From positions 1 through 55,258 of the forward strand of contig JACROV010000041.1 in assembly GCA_016214285.1 (NCBI GenBank): DNA of 55,258 bases. The letters run 5' to 3'. Source of the stretch: Candidatus Omnitrophota bacterium (GTDB taxonomy: Bacteria > Omnitrophota > Gorgyraeia > Zapsychrales > Zapsychraceae). Below the pieces are notes generated by a model. The model made no database searches. It was not told the origin of the DNA and saw only the letters and a program-made list of their open reading frames with translations. The position numbers and the translations under genes are program-made. Positions within the stretch are counted from its first letter, which is position 1, and every line of letters starts with the position of its first letter. Positions 1-8,373 of this stretch are shown one piece after another.

Positions 1-71
1 AATTGAATGTCTTTAATGTACCAAGGATCTTGAATATTAAGAGCAAGTTCAAATAACGGTTGGGTAAACAT
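1..71 (-). CDS. ISL3-family transposase, N-terminus only (partial)
   Basis: ATG at 71 behind AGGAGG translates MFTQPLFELALNIQDPWYIKDIQ, matching the LFxxALxxxxPWxVxxIxF start of ISL3 transposases. Not in the ORF track. Confidence 0.7.
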   Translation of the reverse strand, partial: MFTQPLFELALNIQDPWYIKDIQ

Positions 72-101
72 TGGCTTCCTCCTGGTTAAGGTTTTTCCAG
101 G

Positions 102-110
102 ATTATAGCA
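102..110 (-). promoter_or_regulatory. Extended -10 promoter (TGcTATAAT) for the transposase
   Basis: Perfect TGnTATAAT 30 nt upstream of the ATG at 71, with TTGAAA at 127-132 inside the IS end. Confidence 0.5.
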
Positions 111-112
111 GA

Positions 113-1135
113 TTACCCATTCAAACTTTCAAAGAGGCTATTTTTAACTATGTATAATGAATATTGAAAAGGGATAGCTTCAAACGGCCTTGAATTATCG
201 TAGGCCGGTATCGCGGGGTTTATCGTCTCGAAATCAAGGAAATAAAAAGGATATTCCAATGTATCGAGAAAATCCTTTATTCCTTTTTTGTCGATGTGCG
301 GTGTACCGTTTTTATGGCATATAACCTGAATGTTTTGTTTATCGCTTAGATTGACGTCTGCCTTTATATCGGTAAGACGTAACACACCGCGCTCCAATAA
401 TTCGTAGGCTTTCTTTGTCCCGGAATATAAACAAAAAATATCGTCTTTAGGCGGCAAAAAATCCCAGCATATATACTCAAGCGGACAAGGGTGCGGATTG
501 TAGCAATGCGGGCCGATTTTTACGCGCGGCACATCCTCTTTCCGTATCGTTTCGAACATGTCAGCCACATTTGTCTCAATTTCAGGCATGAGGTCATCGC
601 ATTGTTTCGTAACATCTTCCGTCGCGAACAATTTTTTAGGTTCTATTTCGCCCTTGCGCACGTATTGATTATTGATATACATGAGATAGCATTTGCGGAT
701 CTTTAAGCCCGCGCCTTCGTATACATATTTTTGAAAGGCGACATCGCTGTAATGCTCTTCTTTTACCCCGCTTGAACTCTTTACTTCGATAAGATCCCAA
801 GCGTCCTTCGCAACAGGATTAAGGATATCTGCTAACGCATAGGCCTGCTTATAAACAAAACCCGCTTCGAATAACGGCTTGCGAAACTTGGCGGCCTCTA
901 AAGACTTTTCTGCCTGCTTATCCGGCGCGGGATCTCTTTGAAGTGTTATGCCTCCCGGGAAAAGCGTCTGTGCCAGTTCTCCGACAACTTGACCCTGATC
1001 CATTATGGCCTGTGCCGCGGCATCGACTTCCGAGAAATCCTCCTTGCGGTTATATTCGTACCATAGAAGCTTCAGGCACTGCAAGCCGCTCATGTATTTG
1101 CTTTTAGACAGCAATGGAAGAGTTCTATTTTTCAT
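113..1135 (-). pseudogene. Cas4-like Fe-S PD-(D/E)XK nuclease fused to DUF2779 RNase H-like domain, C-terminally truncated by IS
   Basis: LSKSKY..GLQC N-terminal Cys, ADIL..DLIEVKSS, DVAFQKYV, GPHCYNPHPCPLEYIC triple Cys, then YFLDFETINPAIP..IPFQYSL (start of DUF2779), which stops a few codons into the IS end. ATG 1135 overlaps the upstream stop (ATGA). Confidence 0.75.
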
Positions 1136-1761
1136 CTTTGCCATACAATGTTCCGGAATGCCAAATCTTCGGCCCTAACTTCTTTGCCATTCAGTCCTTG
1201 GATAAGCCAAAGTCCACTTTCCCGAATCCGCATCTTCGGTGAATGATTCCCCAGCCAACGATCTGATGGGCTACAATCGTGACAATGATTAACCGTCGCA
1301 ATTATGCGCTTTTCAAGGTCAAGGCGATGTCGCTTGCTATTCAGCGGTAATACGCAAAATGTAAACATTTTGCGAATGATACGAGACACTTCCCGTTCAG
1401 TCAATGAAAGCCGGTTGAAATCAATTCTGCCAGCGATCTGTTGTCGTTTTTGTTTGGTTGTCAAATCCATCTCCCACTGATCGAGAAAAGGATCGTTTCT
1501 ACTTTTCAATAATGCCCGGCCAATATTTTTCCGAAAAATGCTTCGATCCTTGTTCTCCGTAAGAAAGTGTTCCTCCAGCCTTTGCCTCAAATTGCCTTGG
1601 CCAGTATGCGTCCCCACACGGACAATTCGATCACCATTATGCGCACGCTCACCTTTTTCAAAAAGGATATAAATTCCATTCAAAGGAATGCTGATCTCTT
1701 TAAATGGAAAGCCATATCGCCCCAAGCCATTAAAAAGATGATGTAATATTTCACACGTCAT
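1132..1761 (-). CDS. GIY-YIG superfamily nuclease
   Basis: NGIYILFE...IVRVGTH..NLRQRLEEH and later DLEKRII give the GIY/(Y)VG/R/E layout, with a C-terminal CxxC-PS-WLG..IRESGLW. ATG 1761 overlaps the upstream stop (ATGA). Confidence 0.7.
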   Translation of the reverse strand: MTCEILHHLFNGLGRYGFPFKEISIPLNGIYILFEKGERAHNGDRIVRVGTHTGQGNLRQRLEEHFLTENKDRSIFRKNIGRALLKSRNDPFLDQWEMDLTTKQKRQQIAGRIDFNRLSLTEREVSRIIRKMFTFCVLPLNSKRHRLDLEKRIIATVNHCHDCSPSDRWLGNHSPKMRIRESGLWLIQGLNGKEVRAEDLAFRNIVWQR

Positions 1762-2171
1762 TTGGGACACCTTTGTTTAAGCCATGCCAATTGTTCCCCG
1801 ATTCTCAACCCGTCCATTGGTATCTTATAATGGCAAATGGCACCGACTAAATGCCTTCGGTATTTCTCCCCGGCTATGATGACAAATTTATCCTTATTCA
1901 AATGTGTCTTCTGGTCTAGCACTTTTAAGATCCCGGCAGCCCATTCTTGAATTTCTTTATCGCCTTTGGTATTTAGGGTTTCCTGATAGGGACCAATCTG
2001 AATCTCAGGATCAACCAATCCATGTTTGGCTGATAAAATAAAAATTTTGTCAGGATTAAGAGATTGTGCATAACGCCATCCATAATGGAACCAAGTGCTG
2101 TCATATAAATCTTTGGCCTTGCACTTGAACGACTTCTTTTTTCCAACGCAGGACATCAAAACAATTACCAT
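1758..2171 (-). CDS. DUF6884-like protein (YaaA-related fold)
   Basis: IVLMSCVGKK..AKDLY.S.WF...FILSAKHGLV.P...PY..TL..AGEKY..P..GLRIGEQLAWL signature, with AGGAGG RBS. Confidence 0.75.
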   Translation of the reverse strand: MVIVLMSCVGKKKSFKCKAKDLYDSTWFHYGWRYAQSLNPDKIFILSAKHGLVDPEIQIGPYQETLNTKGDKEIQEWAAGILKVLDQKTHLNKDKFVIIAGEKYRRHLVGAICHYKIPMDGLRIGEQLAWLKQRCPK

Positions 2172-2175
2172 AAGT

Positions 2176-2910
2176 TTACCTCCTTTTTAGCGCCTGCCAT
2201 TGAGCTTTAACTTCGTCGATGCTGGGCAGGCCGCTGTAGTTTTGCCACGGTTTCGGAAGAAAATCTTTATATGCCTTGTTCTCTTTTTGCAAGAACGGAT
2301 ACAAATCCGGAATAGGATAGATACCGCCTTTTAGTTTCTTCCCATCACTGGCGGCAAAAACAAAAGGGGTCATCTGCCTAACGGCAGATAAGAGATGCCG
2401 CGGATGCGATGGTACCCGAAACAGGATCCATTTATTTAATAGTCCACATTTATCAACGGCAGCGGCTAAGGAAAGAAAATATCCTCTAGGATTGACCAAG
2501 GCAAATACTTGCGTAAAACCAATCTTCTCAACCCTGCGGATTCCTTTTACCAGTGACTCTGTCAACGTTTCTAAATATTCGCAGCTTCCGGCTGCCGTGG
2601 GCCTAAACCACCGCCAATTGGGTGCGCCCCAGTCTTTACCCGTGGGATTCTTGACACGATCCATTTCTGTTTCAAAAACAATAGCGCCTTTAGATCCTGT
2701 TGGCTCAGTTTCTAATGTGGAGCTGTCCACTGCCGCAAACGCCACCATTTCTTTGATCCTTAAGTCGCGAAGGCAAGTATCGGCCTCTTTCCATGTATTC
2801 CAACCCTTTTGAGTGTAGACCTCTGCGCGGAAATAATTACCTATACAGGCGGCGGCGTTACAGGGAAGAATTACCAATAATTGTGTGTTTTCTAAACTTT
2901 TCAGTTGCAT
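2176..2910 (-). CDS. Hypothetical protein, possible DUF5591/ArcS-domain-like fold
   Basis: 244-aa ORF. LLVILPC..Y, AFAAVDS..GAIVFE and FTQVFALVNPRGY echo the DUF5591 pattern by eye only. Confidence 0.5.
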   Translation of the reverse strand: MQLKSLENTQLLVILPCNAAACIGNYFRAEVYTQKGWNTWKEADTCLRDLRIKEMVAFAAVDSSTLETEPTGSKGAIVFETEMDRVKNPTGKDWGAPNWRWFRPTAAGSCEYLETLTESLVKGIRRVEKIGFTQVFALVNPRGYFLSLAAAVDKCGLLNKWILFRVPSHPRHLLSAVRQMTPFVFAASDGKKLKGGIYPIPDLYPFLQKENKAYKDFLPKPWQNYSGLPSIDEVKAQWQALKRR

Positions 2911-2959
2911 TTATATCCATTTACCTCGTCATTCATATAGAGCACGAAATACGATTCAA

Positions 2960-3979
2960 TTAAATAATAATCATCGCATCGCCGTAACTGTAGAACCGGT
3001 ACTTTTCCTTGATCGCCTGCGTGTAGGCCTCTTTCATTAATTTTGTCCCGCCGAAGGCGTAGACCAGCATTAAAAGTGTGCTACGCGGTAAATGAAAATT
3101 CGTGATCAGGGCATCCACCGCGCGAAAGGTGTGGCCGGGATAAATAAAAATATCCGTTTCACCGGACAGCCGGGACGGGTCCTTGGCCAATGTTTCCAGA
3201 ACACGGCAGGACGTTGTGCCCACGGCGGCGATCTTGCTTCCCCTCGTTTTTGCCTGCCGGATCGCATTAAAACTTTTTTGCGTCAATGAGTATTCTTCCG
3301 TGTGCATTTGGTGCCGCGTGATATCTTCCGTTTCCACCATGCGAAATGTGGCCAGATTGACGTGCAGCGTGACGGTTTCGATCCCGTGCCCCTTCTTGCG
3401 TAAGGCATTTAATAACGCCGGGGTAAAATGCAAACCTGCCGTGGGCGAGGCCACGGAACCGGGCTTGCGGGCGTACACGGTCTGGTAATATTTATGGTCC
3501 AGCGGTTCATCGGGGCGTTTGATGTACGGCGGCAACGGCATGTGGCCGTGTTTTTTTAACTGCGCGGCCACATCTTTGCGGTTAAAGCGCACGATGCGTT
3601 TATGGATGTCGGTCAACTCCGCGGTCAGGCTGCCGCCGTTGAATTGTATCTTTTCATTCAATTTCAGCCGGTTGAGCGGCCGGATGAGCGTTTCATAAAA
3701 ACGTCCATCCCCATGGGCAAGTTTTTTAAGCAAAAAAACCTCGACCTTGCCCGGCGTCTTTTCGCGGCGCCCCAAAAGCCGCGCGGGAATGACCTTGCTG
3801 TCGTTAAGGACAACGCAGGAACCGGGCGGCAGGTATTTTTCCATATTGGCGAATATGTCGTGGGAGACCGCCTGTTTTTGACGGTCGATGACCATCAGCC
3901 GCGCCTGGTCACGTTTTTCCAAAGGATACCGGGCGATTAATTCCTGAGGCAGATCAAAATCGAATTTCGAGACTTTCAT
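2960..3979 (-). CDS. queA: S-adenosylmethionine:tRNA ribosyltransferase-isomerase
   Basis: FDFDLPQELIA, PLPPYI, YQTVYA..GSVASPTAGLHFT, NFHLPRSTL, YRFYSYGDAM. Confidence 0.97.
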   Translation of the reverse strand: MKVSKFDFDLPQELIARYPLEKRDQARLMVIDRQKQAVSHDIFANMEKYLPPGSCVVLNDSKVIPARLLGRREKTPGKVEVFLLKKLAHGDGRFYETLIRPLNRLKLNEKIQFNGGSLTAELTDIHKRIVRFNRKDVAAQLKKHGHMPLPPYIKRPDEPLDHKYYQTVYARKPGSVASPTAGLHFTPALLNALRKKGHGIETVTLHVNLATFRMVETEDITRHQMHTEEYSLTQKSFNAIRQAKTRGSKIAAVGTTSCRVLETLAKDPSRLSGETDIFIYPGHTFRAVDALITNFHLPRSTLLMLVYAFGGTKLMKEAYTQAIKEKYRFYSYGDAMIII

Positions 3980-5157
3980 GGCAGGTCAACGGGCGGTTGT
4001 TCGCGATAATCGACGATATCAGCGCCCGGATAATAGAAGGAAAGGATCTCATCGTATTTGTGCCGTTCTTCGGCCATCTGGTGCGCCCCCCACTGGCACA
4101 TCCCCACCCCGTGCCCCCAGCCTTTACCGATAAGGTCAAAATAATATCCTTTCATGACCACTTCGTATTTATTGCTTTTGACCGTATTGGGGCCGATGAT
4201 CCCGCGGAATTTAATGCCGGGGATCGTCGTTGTCTTGCCGTCGCGCGAGGTAAAGAGCAGATTATTGATCCGGCCGCTCTCGTTGCGGCTGACCACACGG
4301 ATATCCGCGATGGGCCCCATCGGGTACCCATTGGCGCCAAGTTTTTCCTGGATGTCTTTGGAGCGATAATTCTTTTTCCAGTTCGCGTGCGGAGCGAGCG
4401 CGCAAAATGAACACGGCACGCCGGCTAACGGCGGCAGATTCTCCCCCCAGATGTTTTTGGCGTTCTCCGTGTGACCGCCGCAGGAAGCGTGAAAATAGGC
4501 CGGCAAGATCTTGTGGTTATAAACAAGGATCTTTCCCAAGGTGCGCTTGACCGCGATGTTGGTGCGGAAGCGTTCAGAATTCTCGCCGCCGTAGACCTGG
4601 GAATAGATGTCTCCGGTCACGTCGTAGTCATCGTTCTTGTTCTTCTTCATTTGGTACAATGCGTACGTGCGGGCGGCCACGGCCTGGGCCTTCATCGCTT
4701 CCATCGGCCAGCGGTGCGACACTTCATGATAAAGGACTCCGCGGATGTATTGTTCGATCTCAACGGTATTAACGGCCAGAATTTTTTTGTCCGATTTCAG
4801 AATGATATCCAGCGCTCCACGGTAACGATTTACCTTATCATCCAGGTAAAGCGCGATATCCTTGCTGGACGCCAGACGGATCCGGCGTAACGGATATTTC
4901 TTGTCGTTGATCGTGATGCCATCCGGATGAGATGAGATCCGGGATTCCCGCAAGTTCCTTCCCTCTTGCAGGAGTGCGCCAGAGGCCAGGTCAATAATTT
5001 TGTATTTGCCCCGTATGGAAAAATCCAGTCCGCCGGCTTTATGGAGGATGGCCACCCTGACGTACTTCTCGCTCGACTGGTCAGCCGCGCGCGCCTGCGC
5101 GAAGCCTCCCAGCAGCAGGCCAGCAATAATGAGGGAACGGATCAACGGTGACGCCAT
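3976..5157 (-). CDS. SpoIID/LytB domain protein
   Basis: Signal peptide, EQYIRGV..E, EAMKAQAVAARTYA, GWGHGVGMCQWGA, ILSFYYPG. Start taken at ATG 5157. Confidence 0.9.
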   Translation of the reverse strand: MASPLIRSLIIAGLLLGGFAQARAADQSSEKYVRVAILHKAGGLDFSIRGKYKIIDLASGALLQEGRNLRESRISSHPDGITINDKKYPLRRIRLASSKDIALYLDDKVNRYRGALDIILKSDKKILAVNTVEIEQYIRGVLYHEVSHRWPMEAMKAQAVAARTYALYQMKKNKNDDYDVTGDIYSQVYGGENSERFRTNIAVKRTLGKILVYNHKILPAYFHASCGGHTENAKNIWGENLPPLAGVPCSFCALAPHANWKKNYRSKDIQEKLGANGYPMGPIADIRVVSRNESGRINNLLFTSRDGKTTTIPGIKFRGIIGPNTVKSNKYEVVMKGYYFDLIGKGWGHGVGMCQWGAHQMAEERHKYDEILSFYYPGADIVDYREQPPVDLP

Positions 5158-5354
5158 AGGAAAAGGACCAGGCTTAGAAGGGCGCTTAATAACAGGCATG
5201 TGGTGAGCGGAAAATAAAAAGAGAAATTCTCTCTTTTTATGGCGATGTCCCCGGGCAAGCGTCCCAACCAGGGAATTTTACCGGCAATATGCACGATCCC
5301 GCCGAGGGCGATCAAAACAATACCCAGGATAACAAAAGTTTTGGCTAATCCCAT
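5142..5354 (-). CDS. DUF2905 family small membrane protein
   Basis: GRLPGDI...FYFPLTTCLLLS, in its usual position between ruvB and spoIID/queA. Confidence 0.9.
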   Translation of the reverse strand: MGLAKTFVILGIVLIALGGIVHIAGKIPWLGRLPGDIAIKRENFSFYFPLTTCLLLSALLSLVLFLWRHR

Positions 5355-5359
5355 AACGA

Positions 5360-6391
5360 TTAATAGAGATTCGGCTGGGTTTCTTTTTCGGCCAGTGGGG
5401 CCTTGATATGCTTGCTGGCTGCCTGCGTAAGCTCGCGGCCGCGGGGCGTGCGCTTTAAGAATCCGATCTTCAACAGATATGGCTCGATGACATCGACAAT
5501 AGTGTCCATTTCCTCATTGAGGGTGGCGGCCAGCGTTTCAATGCCCACCGGACCTCCCTTGTAGTGCTGGGCGATGACATTCAGGAGTTTACGGTCCTTG
5601 TCATCAAGTCCGATCTCATCGATGGCCAGGGTACGCAAGGCCTCATCGGCGACTGCGGCGGTAATATTCCCTGTTCTTGTTTTGACCTGCGCGTAATCGC
5701 GCACGCGGCGCAACAGCCGGTTGGCAATGCGCGGCGTTCCCCGCGCGCGGCGCGCGATCTCAAAGGCGGCCTGCGCGTCAAGCTCGACATTGAGCTTCCT
5801 GGCCGAATTGGCCACGATCTGGCTTAATTCCTGCGCGTTATAGAAATCCAGATGGTGGAATATCCCGAAACGTTCGCGTAACGGCGCGGCCAAAAGGCCG
5901 CTGCGGGTCGTCGCGCCGATCAGCGTAAATGGCTTAAGATTGAAATTGATCGTCTTGGCGTAGGGCCCTTTATCCACGACAAAATCGATCTTGAAACTTT
6001 CCATGGCGGGGTATAAAAATTCTTCGACGACTTTCGAAAGGCGGTGGATCTCATCGATAAAGAAGATGTCCCCTTCCCCCAAATTGGTCAGGATGCCGAT
6101 GAGGTCTCCGGCGCGCTCAATGGCAGGGCCGGAGGTAATGGTGATGCGCGCGCCCATTTCGTGGGCGACAATGTTGGCCAAGGTGGTTTTTCCCAAACCC
6201 GGCGGGCCGGAAAATAATATGTGCTCGAGGCATTCGTGCCGCCCTTTGGCGGCCTGCAGCGACACCTGCAGATTGGCCATCAGCTCGCTTTGCCCCACGA
6301 ATTCGTTTAACTGCGCGGGCCGCAACGATAGGCTGTAGACCCGGTCTTCTTCAGTTTCCTGATTGAACAGGATCGCTTTCCGCTCTTCCAT
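5360..6391 (-). CDS. ruvB: Holliday junction branch migration helicase RuvB
   Basis: LRP..L.EFVGQ, GPPGLGKTTLA, FIDEIHRL, RGTPRIANRLL, EPYL...RTPRGR. Start at ATG 6391. Confidence 0.97.
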   Translation of the reverse strand: MEERKAILFNQETEEDRVYSLSLRPAQLNEFVGQSELMANLQVSLQAAKGRHECLEHILFSGPPGLGKTTLANIVAHEMGARITITSGPAIERAGDLIGILTNLGEGDIFFIDEIHRLSKVVEEFLYPAMESFKIDFVVDKGPYAKTINFNLKPFTLIGATTRSGLLAAPLRERFGIFHHLDFYNAQELSQIVANSARKLNVELDAQAAFEIARRARGTPRIANRLLRRVRDYAQVKTRTGNITAAVADEALRTLAIDEIGLDDKDRKLLNVIAQHYKGGPVGIETLAATLNEEMDTIVDVIEPYLLKIGFLKRTPRGRELTQAASKHIKAPLAEKETQPNLY

Positions 6392-7142
6392 CGTCCGCGC
6401 CCTCATCAATAGGGATAATTTTTTTCTGGTTGCGCATGATCTCGATCTCGCCAAAGACACCTTTTTGGACGGCAATGAGTTCTTTAATACGGATCAACTC
6501 CAGAACGGCCAGGAACGTCACGATGATCTCGATCTTCGTGCGGGAGCGCTCAAAAAGGTCCTGCAACCGGATCGTGGACTCCTTGAGCAAAAGATGCAAT
6601 ATGTCATGCAATTTTTTTTCGACCGTAAATTCTTCCGTGATGATCTCGTGGATCACTTCTTCCGGGGCTTTCTTGAGCGCTTCGGAAAGGGCGCTGATCA
6701 GGTCAAAAAGGCTGGCCTCGTAATAGATCTCTTTGGATTCTTCCCGCAATTGCTGGAGCGCTTCGGGGTCGATGTTGCGGCCGAAGAAATCCTGCCGCAG
6801 GGTTTCTTTTTCTTTAAGCGCCTCGGCGATCTCCTTGAATTTCTTGTATTCCAGCAGCCGGCGGGCCAGTTCATCGCGCGGGTCGAGCTCTTCTTCGGGC
6901 TGTTCATTGGGATCCGGAGGCAGAAGCATTCTGGATTTTATTTGCATCAATGTCGCGGCCATAACGAGAAAATCGCCGACAACATCCAGGTCGAGCATTT
7001 TCATCATGCTGATGTATTGCATGTACTGCTCGGTGATCTGGCTGATGGGAATGTCGTTGATGTCGATGTCATTTTCTTTGATCAGATACAGCAAAAGATC
7101 CAGCGGCCCTTCGAATATTTCCAGTTTCAGTTTGTATCCCAT
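6351..7142 (-). CDS. scpA: Segregation and condensation protein A
   Basis: FEGPLDLLLYLI, FLVMAATL..IKSRMLLP, VTFLAVLEL. Confidence 0.95.
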   Translation of the reverse strand: MGYKLKLEIFEGPLDLLLYLIKENDIDINDIPISQITEQYMQYISMMKMLDLDVVGDFLVMAATLMQIKSRMLLPPDPNEQPEEELDPRDELARRLLEYKKFKEIAEALKEKETLRQDFFGRNIDPEALQQLREESKEIYYEASLFDLISALSEALKKAPEEVIHEIITEEFTVEKKLHDILHLLLKESTIRLQDLFERSRTKIEIIVTFLAVLELIRIKELIAVQKGVFGEIEIMRNQKKIIPIDEGADDGRAESDPVQSGN

Positions 7143-7151
7143 TAGTTCTTA

Positions 7152-7375
7152 AAATTCGAAACTCGAAATTCGAAATTCGAAACAATATCTAAATCCCCAT
7201 ACCCAAACTGAAAAACCGGGCGTTTGGAACTTGAAATTTATAATAGGGTTATGCCTTTGATGAACAGTGCAACAGGATTTCGTGCCCATCGTATGCTGGA
7301 AGTGGTAGTCAAGGGCATAACCCTAATTTATAATTTAGAATTTGTTTCGGATTTCGTGCTTCGGATTTCGAATTT
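7152..7375. repeat. Inverted heptamer-array element (AAATYCG)n
   Basis: Left arm aaattcg-aaactcg-aaattcg-aaattcg-aaacaat-atctaaat (7152-7194). Right arm 7333-7375 reverse-complements to aaattcg-aaatccg-aagcacg-aaatccg-aaacaaa-ttctaaat. Confidence 0.85.
7245..7324. mobile_element. 80-bp MITE with 16-bp TIRs and target-site duplication
   Basis: agggttatgcctttga (7245-7260) and tcaagggcataaccct (7309-7324) are inverted repeats with 1 mismatch, flanked by direct repeat aatttataat (7235-7244 and 7325-7334). Confidence 0.75.
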
Positions 7376-7386
7376 ATCCTCCCGTT

Positions 7387-8373
7387 TCAACTCTTCCCAA
7401 AAACAATTTCCCTCACCTGGCCCATGGTTTCCCTGGCGATTTTCTGGGCGCGGCGCTGACCATGGTCCAGGATCTCACGGACATGCTCTTTACGTTTGGC
7501 CAGGCCGTTGCGCTTCTCCTGAAAATTTGCTAACCGGTTAACGATCGCTTCTCCAAGGATCATTTTACATTCCGTGCACCCTTTTTGCGCGCGGGTGCAC
7601 CAGTGATGGGCTTCATCGGCGCGATCAGCGGTGAAAACTTTGTAATAGCTATATACATTACACTGGGCCGGGTGCCCGGGATCGGATAATTTGATCCGTT
7701 TGGGATCCGTGAACATTGTTTTCACTTTCTTGACGATCTCCGTCGGCGGATCCGAAAGATTGACCGTATTTTTATAACTTTTGCTCATCTTGCGTCCGTC
7801 CGACCCCAAAAGGCGCGGTGTTTGTGCTAGAATGGCCTCGCAATCCTGGAAAAAATTTGTTTTGTAGAGATGGTTGAAACGCCTGGCCATTTCCCGCGTC
7901 AATTCGATGTGCGGCAGCTGGTCCTCACCGATGGGAACGGCGCTGGCCTTGTATAAAAGAATGTCCGCGGCCTGTAAAACCGGATACCCCAAGAAAGCAT
8001 ATGTCTGCAGATCGCGCGTTTTGATCTCGCGCAGTTGTTCTTTGTACGTCGGATTTCGTTCCAGCCAGCCCAGCGGGGTGACGCAGGCCAGGATCATTTG
8101 CAATTCCAGATGTTCCGGCACCTGCGACTGGACAAATATGATGGATTTTTCCGGATCAATGCCGTAGGCCATCCAGTCCAGGGCCATATCCATGATATTC
8201 TCCGCGATCTCTGTGCTTTGCTCATATTCGCCCATAAGCGCGTGCCAGTCGACAATGGAAAAAATGCAGGAATGTTTTTCCTGCATTTCCAGCCAGTTGT
8301 CAAGAGCGCCCACGAGGTGTCCCAGATGAAGCTTGCCCGTTGGACGCATGGCGCTAAAAACAATCTTTTTCAT
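7387..8373 (-). CDS. trpS: Tryptophan--tRNA ligase
   Basis: MRPTGKLHLGH, YPVLQAADIL, GEDQLPH, KMSKS. Confidence 0.97.
   Translation of the reverse strand: MKKIVFSAMRPTGKLHLGHLVGALDNWLEMQEKHSCIFSIVDWHALMGEYEQSTEIAENIMDMALDWMAYGIDPEKSIIFVQSQVPEHLELQMILACVTPLGWLERNPTYKEQLREIKTRDLQTYAFLGYPVLQAADILLYKASAVPIGEDQLPHIELTREMARRFNHLYKTNFFQDCEAILAQTPRLLGSDGRKMSKSYKNTVNLSDPPTEIVKKVKTMFTDPKRIKLSDPGHPAQCNVYSYYKVFTADRADEAHHWCTRAQKGCTECKMILGEAIVNRLANFQEKRNGLAKRKEHVREILDHGQRRAQKIARETMGQVREIVFGKS

Larger units (their letters stand above)
1..138 (-). mobile_element. Left end of ISL3-family insertion sequence (runs off window edge)
   Basis: Minus strand from 138 reads GCCTCTTTGAAAGTTTGAATGGGT, resembling ISL3-type ends (GGCTCTTTG...GGGT). 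It abuts an AT-rich target (TTAAAAATA) and is followed by TGnTATAAT, an AGGAGG RBS and a transposase-like start. The upstream CDS loses homology exactly here. Confidence 0.7.

Noticed and set aside
113-1135. CRISPR-Cas locus suggested by the Cas4-like protein
   Set aside because: No cas1/cas2 and no repeat-spacer array in the window. Cas4-like Fe-S nucleases occur outside CRISPR.
6363-7145. 260-aa plus-strand ORF and other long antisense ORFs (9903-10706, 13121-13723, 44175-44930)
   Set aside because: They mirror well-supported minus-strand genes and show no recognisable motifs.
7224-7541. ORFs across the scpA-trpS gap
   Set aside because: They are translations of the heptamer array and MITE (LEFVSDFVLRISNL), not a protein family.
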